29,039 bases of DNA, from NCBI GenBank assembly GCA_037381445.1, contig JARRQT010000007.1, positions 1 through 29,039 on the forward strand, read 5' to 3'. Source of the DNA: Calditrichia bacterium (GTDB lineage Bacteria > Calditrichota > Calditrichia > RBG-13-44-9). Both the position numbers and the translations under genes were made by a program. Positions 8,688-17,334 of the stretch are shown one piece after another; position 1 is the first letter of the stretch; each line of letters opens with the position of its first letter. The notes below the pieces were generated by a model that was not told the DNA's origin, ran no database searches, and saw nothing but the letters and a program-made list of their open reading frames with translations.

Positions 8688-10064
8688 ATGAAAACTTCAT
8701 TATTCATAATTACGATCCTTACTTGTTTGATTGCCGCAGCCTGGAGCCAGACCACCGGCGACGCAGTCCGCATCCGGCAGGATGAACTGGGTCTGGGCGC
8801 GCGGAACCTGGCGATGGGCGGAACAGGCGTGGTGCTGACAAATGATTATTCCGCCATTTACTGGAATCCGGCGGGGCTTTCCGGGCTGAGTCAAAGTCAG
8901 TTCATGGGCGAAATTTCGCACTTGCGCTTTTCAAATCAGGCGCTCTTCGCCGGAAACCAGAGTGATATGGGTGAAAGCTACAATCATCTTCGAACCCTCG
9001 GACTGGCCATTCCCCTGCCCACAACACGCGGCAGTCTGGTTCTGGCCTTCGGATACAATTTCGTCAAAGATTTTGATCAATATCTCTATTTCACCGGCAT
9101 CAATAATCTGAGCAACGGCCTGGGCTTCGAACTGGACGATGGCAGCGGCGTGAGCCGGTTTTACAATTTTGATACCAATGTCTCCCAGACGGAAGAGGTC
9201 GCCGATAACGGCGGACTGCATCAGTGGTCATTCGGCGGAGCGATGGCCCTTTCCCCCAATTTTGATCTGGGCGTCAGCATGAATTTCTGGCAGGGCAAGG
9301 ATGAATATAGCCTTAATTTCCGTCAACTGGACGATGCAAATGTTTACAATGTTTTTCCAGCGGATTTTGACAGCTATGCTGTTAATCAAAACCTGATCAC
9401 CAACTATTCGGCTTTCAGCCTGAAACTGGGCGGTATGTTCAAAATGAATCAGTTCACCCGCCTGGGATTGGCCATGGAATTTCCAACCACTTTTAAAGTG
9501 AAGGAAAATTTTTCCACCTCCGATGAGCTGGTTTTTGATGACGGTTATACGGACGCCATTCAGGATGAACCCGGAATATGGGAATATAAGGTGCGAACTC
9601 CCTACCGTTTCGATGCGGGCCTCGGAATTCAGACAGAACGCGTGAGTCTGGCGGCCAGCGCTACCTATCAGGACTGGAGCCAGACCCGGTTTGAAAAGCC
9701 GGATGAGGCATCCCTCGGCGAGGACTACGGTTCTCTTTTGGAGGAAAACTTCCTGTTCGCGCAGAACTATCGGGAAACCATCAACTATCACCTGGGCGGC
9801 GAGCTTTCTTTGCCGGGCAGCAATATGTTCCTGCGCGCCGGCTATGCTTTCTTCCCCACTCCGCTGAAGGATGCTCCGCCTGAGCTGGATAAGAAATATT
9901 ATTCCGGTGGACTTGGATTTCGGGTCGGGGGCAATACATACCTGGATGTGACATACCTGCGGGGAAGCTGGAAACGGCAGAGCGAGGACAGCTATACGCC
10001 GGGCGGGACCCTGGAAGACATTACCGAGAACCGGTTTCTGGCCGGCATCCGTTACGCTTTTTAA
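8688..10064 (+). CDS. OmpP1/FadL-family outer membrane beta-barrel protein
   Basis: Signal peptide MKTSLFIITIL...AAWSQ; hallmark GARNLAMGG...DYSAIYWNPAGL; alternating beta-strands; C-terminal aromatic signal RYAF. ATG at 8688. Confidence 0.88.
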   Translation: MKTSLFIITILTCLIAAAWSQTTGDAVRIRQDELGLGARNLAMGGTGVVLTNDYSAIYWNPAGLSGLSQSQFMGEISHLRFSNQALFAGNQSDMGESYNHLRTLGLAIPLPTTRGSLVLAFGYNFVKDFDQYLYFTGINNLSNGLGFELDDGSGVSRFYNFDTNVSQTEEVADNGGLHQWSFGGAMALSPNFDLGVSMNFWQGKDEYSLNFRQLDDANVYNVFPADFDSYAVNQNLITNYSAFSLKLGGMFKMNQFTRLGLAMEFPTTFKVKENFSTSDELVFDDGYTDAIQDEPGIWEYKVRTPYRFDAGLGIQTERVSLAASATYQDWSQTRFEKPDEASLGEDYGSLLEENFLFAQNYRETINYHLGGELSLPGSNMFLRAGYAFFPTPLKDAPPELDKKYYSGGLGFRVGGNTYLDVTYLRGSWKRQSEDSYTPGGTLEDITENRFLAGIRYAF

Positions 10065-10107
10065 ACCGATTTGGATAAAAAAAGCCTCCTTCCCTCTCCA
10101 AATCGAA

Positions 10108-10140
10108 AAGGCTGGTCAATTGATCAGCCTTCTTTTTGTT
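10108..10140 (+). terminator. Intrinsic terminator after the FadL-like gene
   Basis: Stem AAGGCTGGTC / GATCAGCCTT with one G:U pair and loop AATT, followed by CTTTTTGTT. Confidence 0.75.
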
Positions 10141-10177
10141 ATGAATTGTAGCATTAAATTTCTCTGTAACTTAATGA

Positions 10178-10206
10178 TTGCAAATCCGTTGGATAATCGG
10201 TAAAAT
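10178..10206 (+). promoter_or_regulatory. Putative sigma70 promoter for the DUF362 gene
   Basis: TTGCAA-N17-TAAAAT, followed by GAGGAG RBS and ATG at 10231. Confidence 0.5.
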
Positions 10207-10230
10207 GGAAAAAATGAGGAGAGCATTTGC

Positions 10231-11406
10231 ATGAAGACTATCACCTTCAGGAACGGAGTCAATCGACGCGAATTTTGCAGACTGGCAGCGCTGAGCGGCG
10301 TGGCCGCATCAATAACCCCCGGGCTGGTCAAACCTCTCTACAGCCAGACCAAAGAAAAACCATCCACCAATATCGATACTGCATTGAAAATTGCCCGCAC
10401 CCCGGACTCCATGCCGGGCAAGTACCCCGGACGGGTGGTAGAGGCTTATCACAGTAAGTCTGTGGTCAACAATAAACCGGATTTAAAAATCGCCGACCGA
10501 GTGCTGGAAAAAAGCATGCTGGAACTCACCGGCGCGGCTTCCCTCACGGCGGCCTGGCGGCAGTTTGTCAGCCCGGAAGATATTATCGGTCTGAAAGTCA
10601 ATCCGGTGGCGGGGAAATTGCTCTCCACCAGCCTTGAAATTGTGCACGCTGTGATCAGCCAGTTGGAAGCCGCCGGCATTCCCAGCAAAAACATTGTGAT
10701 CTGGGACCGCCGGGAGTTTGAACTGCATGAGGTCGGATTCACTGGGGAGAATTTTCCGGGAATCCGCATCACCGGCACCGAACGCAAGGATGCGAAGGGC
10801 TCATATTACGATTCGAACGGCAAACTCTATTCCGAGGCCGTGATCGATCCCGACTGGTATTACCGGGCGGACTGCGAGATGAGCTATGACAAGGAAACGC
10901 TACCCTACATGGTAAATGAGGGAAAGAATTCCTATTTCACAAAGATTGCCACACGGGAAGTGACGAAAATTATCAACATTCCCATCCTCAAAAATGCGGG
11001 TTCCACGGTCACTCTGGCGCTTAAAAACCTGGCCTTCGGATCCATATCCAACACCGCCAGGCTGCACAACCAGTTGTGGGTGGAAACCTGCGCACAGGTC
11101 CCCTGTTTCCCGCCCCTGCGCGACAAAGTAGTGCTGAATATTGCCGATGGTTTCCGCGGCTGCTTTGACGGCGGTCCCGGCGCAAAACCGCAGTTTTTTA
11201 CCGATTATAATACCCTTCTGTTGGCGACCGATCCGGTGGCAATAGACCGCATCGGGTACGAGATCGTGCTGAAGAAACGGCTGGCGGAGAAAGTTCAGAA
11301 AGAAGAATCGCCGCGGGGCACCGCCTACATGATGCTGGCGCAGGAATACGGACTGGGGACCGCTGATTTGGATAAAATCACACATCAGAAATTAAACCTC
11401 GGATAA
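10231..11406 (+). CDS. DUF362 domain protein with twin-arginine (Tat) signal
   Basis: NRREFCRL Tat motif plus hydrophobic stretch; IGLKVNP, IVIWDR, INIPILK...VTLALKNL, DGGP, ATDPVAID motifs. Confidence 0.85.
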   Translation: MKTITFRNGVNRREFCRLAALSGVAASITPGLVKPLYSQTKEKPSTNIDTALKIARTPDSMPGKYPGRVVEAYHSKSVVNNKPDLKIADRVLEKSMLELTGAASLTAAWRQFVSPEDIIGLKVNPVAGKLLSTSLEIVHAVISQLEAAGIPSKNIVIWDRREFELHEVGFTGENFPGIRITGTERKDAKGSYYDSNGKLYSEAVIDPDWYYRADCEMSYDKETLPYMVNEGKNSYFTKIATREVTKIINIPILKNAGSTVTLALKNLAFGSISNTARLHNQLWVETCAQVPCFPPLRDKVVLNIADGFRGCFDGGPGAKPQFFTDYNTLLLATDPVAIDRIGYEIVLKKRLAEKVQKEESPRGTAYMMLAQEYGLGTADLDKITHQKLNLG

Positions 11407-11463
11407 GAAAACAAATTTCATGATTGGGATAGAATTTAACAAACCAACAGGATTTAGGCTGAC

Positions 11464-12369
11464 ATGGCCAAAGCAAAACAAATATCTGCTTACTTGATTT
11501 TTTTGATTTCTTTATTCCCGGTCCTTCTGCTGAATGCCGCAGAACCGGATGCCATTTCACTCACCACACAGGAGCTTCCTGGCTGGGAGCTGATGCAAAA
11601 TACGGTTTATCATGAAAATGAGCTCTACGGCTACATCGACGGCGGCGCGGAAATTTACCGCGAATACGGATTCCAGAAGTTGACAGTTCAGGAGCTGAAA
11701 AATGACGCACAGGAACTGATCGTTGAGATTTACCGGATGAAAACGCCCGAAGCTGCTTTCGGCATATTTTCCACTTCCCAGCGGAATTGTCCCCCGGCAG
11801 AGGGACTCCCGAAACTTAGCTGCAGTTCGCCGTTCCAGTTGCTGGCTGCCAAAGGCCCTTATTTGCTCACTATCACCAATTACGATGGCAGCGAGCAACT
11901 GCAGCAGGCCAGCATCGGTATTGCAGAAAAATTGCTGACCAAGATCGACTTTGACGGAGATGTGATCCCCTCGTTTTTCAGGAATCCTTTTTTCAAATCC
12001 TTCAGCAGAAAAATCAAAATGGTCAGCGGGACCCTGGGGCTGCAAAACGGATTTTCCCGGTGGCAGGATTATTTTCAGGACATTGCGCAGTACAGAATCT
12101 TCATTGCTCCGGTGGATGATAGTCACGGTTCGGCAAGTGTTGCCCTCATTCAACTTCCTGAAAAGGAAAGCTCGCGTACATTCTGCCGCAATCTCGGGAT
12201 CCATCCGCCGACAACAAATGACCATGGATGGAAAAAAGTGACGCGTTCAGAGGCCAAACTTGCCGTCCAGGAACTGCAGCCCCAACAATATGTGCTGGTT
12301 GAAACCGATGGGAATTATGCCGGTTTTGACGATCTGCTTAGCGAGATTCAAACGGCTGAAAGCAACTGA
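11464..12369 (+). CDS. Exported hypothetical protein, DUF6599-like
   Basis: Signal peptide; motif LYGYIDGGAEIYREYGF...VEIYRM...AAFGIFS. Confidence 0.75.
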   Translation: MAKAKQISAYLIFLISLFPVLLLNAAEPDAISLTTQELPGWELMQNTVYHENELYGYIDGGAEIYREYGFQKLTVQELKNDAQELIVEIYRMKTPEAAFGIFSTSQRNCPPAEGLPKLSCSSPFQLLAAKGPYLLTITNYDGSEQLQQASIGIAEKLLTKIDFDGDVIPSFFRNPFFKSFSRKIKMVSGTLGLQNGFSRWQDYFQDIAQYRIFIAPVDDSHGSASVALIQLPEKESSRTFCRNLGIHPPTTNDHGWKKVTRSEAKLAVQELQPQQYVLVETDGNYAGFDDLLSEIQTAESN

Positions 12370-12424
12370 TTTTCCCATTGATTCTATCAATCATAAATCA
12401 TTAAGAATCGTAGAGGAGTAAAGT

Positions 12425-13060
12425 ATGCGAAGAGAAGATCGTCGCCATAATTATTTCTGGGGAATACTTTTAATTATTATCGGCCTGCTGTTCTTGTTTC
12501 AGAATATCGGCTATCTGGATATCGGGGACATTATCCGCAGGTTCTGGCCGCTTATTCTAATCGCCATCGGACTAAAAATTTTGCTCGACCATCGTCGCAG
12601 CTCACGAATCTTCGGCGAAGATTTCCGGGAAAACAAATCCGGGGATTCCGGCAGCTCTGTCCATTCCGGAAAATCCGGGCCATATGGTTCGGGATCATCG
12701 AGTACTTACAACAATGTGTTTGGTGATGTCCGCCAGCGTTTCGACGGAAAAAACATCAAATCTTTCTTTACCAATAATGTGTTCGGGGATGTCGATCTGG
12801 ATTTCTCGAAGGCCCTGTTTGAGGAAGACTCCAGCCTGCGTATTAACGGGATATTCGGAGATGTGGAAATTCGCGTGCCTCACAATATCCCGGTGGAAGT
12901 GAAGGCCAATTATATGGGAGGCAGCAGCCGGATCTTTGATGATTATCAAAGCGGCTTGTTTAAAAATGTAATGTATGAAACTCCCCGCTCAACGGCAGAT
13001 AAACCGCCGCTCCGCATTCAGGTATCGATTCTGTTTGGGGATGTCCGCATTCATTCCTGA
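12425..13060 (+). CDS. LiaF-like cell-envelope stress membrane protein (DUF5668 TM hairpin plus DUF2154-like domain)
   Basis: RBS AGAGGAG; FWGILLIIIGLLFL...FWPLILIAIG; repeated NVFGDV / GIFGDVEI / LFGDVRI strands. Confidence 0.85.
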   Translation: MRREDRRHNYFWGILLIIIGLLFLFQNIGYLDIGDIIRRFWPLILIAIGLKILLDHRRSSRIFGEDFRENKSGDSGSSVHSGKSGPYGSGSSSTYNNVFGDVRQRFDGKNIKSFFTNNVFGDVDLDFSKALFEEDSSLRINGIFGDVEIRVPHNIPVEVKANYMGGSSRIFDDYQSGLFKNVMYETPRSTADKPPLRIQVSILFGDVRIHS

Positions 13061-13308
13061 TTCCAGAGAATCCCTGTAGATGATCATCTGCATCATGTAA
13101 TCCAAAATATTCCGACGATCGAAATTACCTGGGATGCATTTTCCTTTAGGGGATGCATCTCTTTCTCCTGAAAAAATTTTGATCCGGTTTCCAGAGCCCC
13201 GCGGGTCAAATTATTCTTCTGTTTGCAAAAGTATCCTGATTCCTTAAATTTTATCACACAAAGGTAGAATATGCGTTTCATCAAATTAATGCCGAGGAAT
13301 TCTATAAG

Positions 13309-14436
13309 ATGCCGCTAAAAATTTTTCATACTGCCGATGTCCATTTGGGAATGAAATTCACCCGGGGTTATCCCGCTGCAGTGCAGCAGCAGCTCATTGA
13401 GGCACGCTTCAAAACGCTGCACAGAATGGTAAATATGGCGAATGAGCGGGACGCTGACCTTTTTGCGGTTGCCGGAGATCTGATTGATAATCAGAAAGTC
13501 GCAAAAAAGGATATTATCCGCGCTGCGGCCATTCTGAAGGATTTTTCCGGAAAGCTGGTACTGATCCTGCCGGGAAATCATGATTTTAGCCTGAAAGATG
13601 AATTAAATTTCTGGAATATTTTTAAAGAAAATATGGGGGAGAACACTCTTCTTTTGGAAGAGGGCCGGCCCTACGACTTGCGGCAGTACGATCTGAACGT
13701 CATGGTTTATCCGGGTCCCTGCCACGGCAAACATTCCCGGAAAAATTCGATCGGATGGGTGGCACAGGCTCCCAAGTCCCCTGAAATTGATTTTCATCTC
13801 GGGATGGCGCATGGCTCGCTGGACGGCCTGTCCCCGGATTTCAACGCCGATTATTTTCCCATGACGCGGGAAGAACTGCGACAGTCAGGAGTAGACTTGT
13901 GGCTGCTGGGACATACCCATATCCGCTATCCGGCGGCGGAGCGCGGACAAAGTGAACGGATATTTTTCCCCGCAACACCCGAGCCGGACGGCTTTGACTG
14001 CGCCCATCCGGGATATGCCTGGATAATTGAGCTTGATTCGGGCAAAGAGATAAAGTATGAATCTGTCAAAACAGGGGAATTCCGCTTTGTGACCCTGGAA
14101 GAGACGGTAATCCATGAACAAAGCATTGAAAAAATAGTGGAGAAGTTTAAGGAATCCGACAGCGGGAAAACACTGCTAAAATTGAAATTAAGCGGAAGAA
14201 TTCCGGGCGAGCTTTTTGAGAACATCGGGAAACTGATCCCCCGGCTGGGGAAAATGGTTCTATATTTGGAGGCCGACACTTCGCGGCTGCTGCGAAAAAT
14301 ATCGCCGGAAGACATCGACCGGGAATTTACCCAGGACTCATTCCCTCACCGGCTGTTGACCTCACTTGCTGCGGAAGGACGCAATCCCCTTTCTCTACAG
14401 ATTGCCTATGACCTGATCAGGGGGGAAAAAATATGA
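13309..14436 (+). CDS. Mre11/SbcD-family (YhaO-like) DNA repair exonuclease
   Basis: Metallophosphoesterase motifs HTADVHLG, AGDLID, LPGNHD, AHGS, LGHTH; ATGA-type overlap with the next gene. Confidence 0.92.
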   Translation: MPLKIFHTADVHLGMKFTRGYPAAVQQQLIEARFKTLHRMVNMANERDADLFAVAGDLIDNQKVAKKDIIRAAAILKDFSGKLVLILPGNHDFSLKDELNFWNIFKENMGENTLLLEEGRPYDLRQYDLNVMVYPGPCHGKHSRKNSIGWVAQAPKSPEIDFHLGMAHGSLDGLSPDFNADYFPMTREELRQSGVDLWLLGHTHIRYPAAERGQSERIFFPATPEPDGFDCAHPGYAWIIELDSGKEIKYESVKTGEFRFVTLEETVIHEQSIEKIVEKFKESDSGKTLLKLKLSGRIPGELFENIGKLIPRLGKMVLYLEADTSRLLRKISPEDIDREFTQDSFPHRLLTSLAAEGRNPLSLQIAYDLIRGEKI

Positions 14437-16667
14437 TTTTGCAGAAACTCCGCCTGCATCCCTTTGCAGGGATATCCGATCTCACCGTCGACTTCCGGGA
14501 GGGATTAAACATCATTCTGGGACCGAATGAAGCGGGTAAAAGCACGCTGGTCAACGGCCTGCGCATGCTGCTTTTCATGCCGGTGAAATATTCCAAACCG
14601 CGATTCAATAACGAGATCAGCAGGTTTATGCCCGTCAGCGGCGGTGATACCATTCGCGGGGAGATCTCCTTCCTGCATAATGCTTCCCAGTATCACCTGA
14701 AAAAAAGCTGGGGCGCTACAGATTCAAACGTACTGAAACTCCCTGACGGGGGTGAAATTTCCGATGTCGCGGCAGTCGGTGAAAAGCTGCAGGAACTTCT
14801 GGTGCTGAAAGAAGGCACCTATCATACCGTGCTCATCACCTATCAATCCAAATTAACCGGCACGCTGGAAGCGATCGCCCATGATCCTTCGGCAACCCAT
14901 GATCTCAATGCTGTCCTGCGAAAGGCAATTTTTGAAACCGACGGTATTTCCATTGACCGCTTGCAGGACAAAATTCAAAGCAGATTCAGCGAATACTTTG
15001 AGCACTGGGACAGAACACTCAATCTGCCTGAAAAAGGAAAGGACATTGATAATCAATGGCTGAAGGGGCGGGGAAAAATTCTGGAGGCATATTACCGGAA
15101 GGAAGGTCTGAAAAATCAACTCCAAAACGCATTGACTTATGAGCATCAGCTGGATGATATCAATCAGACTATTCAAACGGTCAGCAGTACGGTGAAAGAG
15201 TTGAAGGATTTCATCTCGGGAAATAAAAAGCGAATAGAGGATGCGCGGCAGTGCATGATCGTCAGCGCACGCCTAAAGGAAATCCGCAGAGAAGAGGACG
15301 GCCTGAGAGAAATTTCCAGGGGATGGCCCGCCGTTTTGGAGGCGATTAAAAATGGCAGCCAGAATTTGAAAGAACTGGAGGAAAAATCAGCTTCTTTACA
15401 AAGGGAGAAAGAACAGGCTGATCTCTACGAGTCCGGAAAAAAGATGCTGGATAAATTCCGCAGAGCATCCAGGAAGAAGGAAGAACTGCAGAAAGCCAAA
15501 AAGGAACTGGGCGAAATTATGCCGGTCAGCGATGAAGATTTTGGGAAATTGGAGAATTTGAGCAGAGGAATCAGCAGAATAGAAACCAGCCTGAAGGCCG
15601 GCCGCCTCTCTTTGCAACTGGAAGCGAAAGAAAAAATGGAGCTGAATGTTGCACAGGATCTGAACGAAACCGGCACATTCACAGCAACGCCGGAACAGCC
15701 ATTGGAATTCAGCGCCGGCGGACAGATCAAAATCGAACATGAAAAATGGAGAATAAGGGTGAATTCCGGTGAGGCCGATTTTGAAAAACTGCAGGAAAGC
15801 TTTTCGAAAAGCAGCAAGGAATATCAAGCGCTGCTGGACCGGCTGAAAACAAAGGATCTGCCTGAAGCGGCAGCGCGCCGGGATGCCTATAAGAAAGCGA
15901 AATACGACGTAACAACCCTGAAAGCCCAGCTTGCTGAAATTCTCGAGGATGATAATTTCGAAAAGCTGGCGGAATCTGCCAAAAAGCTGCAGGATATTCC
16001 GGCGACCCGCTCCCTGATGCAGATTGCCGAAGAAGCGGGCCATCTCGCGGCAAAGAAAGAACAGCTGAGCAGCCAGCTTTCGGCAAATCAGCAGCTTGCG
16101 GAGCAATGGGAAAAAGAATATGTGTCCCAGGAAAATCTGCTTGACCAACTCATCGAGAAGCGGGCGAAAGTGAAAGGCATGGAAAAAAAAAATACGGAGG
16201 CGGACTTCTCCAGAGTGACCGATGAGGGCAATGCCATTATAGAGATCCAGGAAACGTTTCAAAAAATAAAATCGGAGCTGGATGCCAACACGCTGGATCC
16301 CTGGATCAGCGAAATAAAATCGTTGATTGCCCCGCTGACCGGCAACCGCTACCAATTTTTAAAAATGGATGAGCGGAATCTGCATGAGGTAGTGCGGCAG
16401 GATGGAATGAAGCTGCCCTTCGATTATCTTTCGGTAGGCACCAAAGACGGCATGGCACTGGCGCTCCGGCTGTCCATGGCCAAATACTTTTTAAAGGAGC
16501 TGGATGGTTTTCTGGTCATGGATGATCCCCTGGTGGATATGGATCCGGAACGGCAAGATTACGCGGCTGAAGCCATTCGGCGGTTTGGAGAAGAGAAGCA
16601 GATTATTATCCTGACCTGTCATCCTTCCCATGCAAATCTTCTGGGAGCGCATATCATCAGGATTTGA
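14433..16667 (+). CDS. Rad50/SbcC-like (YhaN-type) SMC-family ATPase
   Basis: Walker A GPNEAGKST; long coiled coil; signature LSVGT; Walker B and D-loop LVMDDPLVDMD; H-loop LTCH. Confidence 0.9.
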   Translation: MILQKLRLHPFAGISDLTVDFREGLNIILGPNEAGKSTLVNGLRMLLFMPVKYSKPRFNNEISRFMPVSGGDTIRGEISFLHNASQYHLKKSWGATDSNVLKLPDGGEISDVAAVGEKLQELLVLKEGTYHTVLITYQSKLTGTLEAIAHDPSATHDLNAVLRKAIFETDGISIDRLQDKIQSRFSEYFEHWDRTLNLPEKGKDIDNQWLKGRGKILEAYYRKEGLKNQLQNALTYEHQLDDINQTIQTVSSTVKELKDFISGNKKRIEDARQCMIVSARLKEIRREEDGLREISRGWPAVLEAIKNGSQNLKELEEKSASLQREKEQADLYESGKKMLDKFRRASRKKEELQKAKKELGEIMPVSDEDFGKLENLSRGISRIETSLKAGRLSLQLEAKEKMELNVAQDLNETGTFTATPEQPLEFSAGGQIKIEHEKWRIRVNSGEADFEKLQESFSKSSKEYQALLDRLKTKDLPEAAARRDAYKKAKYDVTTLKAQLAEILEDDNFEKLAESAKKLQDIPATRSLMQIAEEAGHLAAKKEQLSSQLSANQQLAEQWEKEYVSQENLLDQLIEKRAKVKGMEKKNTEADFSRVTDEGNAIIEIQETFQKIKSELDANTLDPWISEIKSLIAPLTGNRYQFLKMDERNLHEVVRQDGMKLPFDYLSVGTKDGMALALRLSMAKYFLKELDGFLVMDDPLVDMDPERQDYAAEAIRRFGEEKQIIILTCHPSHANLLGAHIIRI

Positions 16668-16678
16668 TATCCGGTAAG

Positions 16679-17169
16679 TCAGGGCGCTTTCCGCTCCGCT
16701 TCCTGCTTTTCGCGCACCACAAATCCCGAAGTGGAAACATAAACCATATAGTTTTTATTGTTTCCATTCAGCTGGAAAACGGCATTTCCGTAAACCGTGC
16801 TGATAAACGGAAATTGATATCCGTGACGGTACAGAAAGCCCCAGAAGGGATCCTTCTCCCTGGGAACCAGCGAATAAATCGACGGCGACCGGCTGATTTC
16901 CTCTTCCGTGCTCAAATACCTTCCCCGCAGCCGGGTAAAACGGTAGCGCGTTTCCAGCCCCAGGAAATTCAGCCAGTTGTCCCACTTAACAATATCGCCT
17001 TCCAGCATCCACTGATCACCATGGATCAGATACTGACGAGTGAGCTGGGAATCGGGCGACAGGTACTGGATGAAAATGTTCCGGCTGGTTTGGGGAGTGT
17101 CAATCGAATGGGTGTGAACCTCCGCGAAACGGTCCCGAATCGATTCCGGAGATGAAGGCATGAAACATA
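16679..17169 (-). pseudogene. Conserved hypothetical membrane-protein family member apparently lacking its N-terminal TM segment
   Basis: The C-terminal part has GDQW.LEG.IVKW...LGL...YRFTRLRGRY...VYGNAVF...STSG. Upstream of AEVH there is no convincing TM segment in frame. An out-of-frame ATG (MFHAFISGIDSGPF) follows an AAAGGA element. The 5' boundary is approximate. Confidence 0.5.
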
Positions 17170-17251
17170 AAAACATTACCATCCTTTGCAGAACAAAATC
17201 AGATCCGGCATTTAGCATTGCCAAATCCAATAAATCTTCAAAAGCTTTTTC

Positions 17252-17280
17252 AATTTAAAGTCAAAATCGCGGTTTGTCAA
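17252..17280 (-). promoter_or_regulatory. Putative sigma70 promoter for the 16679-17169 gene
   Basis: Minus strand TTGACA-N17-TAAATT. Confidence 0.55.
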
Positions 17281-17334
17281 ATTTCTTGTGATACATTCCG
17301 GGTTTCATGTGCCTGTTGCATGATCCGGCAGATT

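Noticed and set aside
12378..12390. TTGAT-TCT-ATCAA, FNR-like dyad upstream of the liaF-like gene
   Set aside because: Spacer is 3 bp, whereas FNR needs TTGAT-N4-ATCAA; it could be another operator but is unsupported.
13093..13284. 63-aa minus-strand ORF in the liaF-like/Mre11 gap
   Set aside because: No recognisable features; overlaps the likely promoter region of the nuclease operon.
15396..16355. 319-aa antisense ORF inside the Rad50-like gene
   Set aside because: Shadow of Lys/Glu-rich coiled-coil codons (Phe/Leu-rich translation); fully overlaps a well-supported gene.
13309..16667. Nuclease plus SMC-like ATPase as a Wadjet, Lamassu or other named defence system
   Set aside because: No kleisin/KITE, Toprim or effector genes adjacent; the Mre11-type phosphoesterase plus YhaN-like ATPase fits a repair pair in a housekeeping context.
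16664..17155. 163-aa plus-strand ORF following the ATPase
   Set aside because: No motifs; the opposite strand carries the recognisable conserved domain and a promoter.
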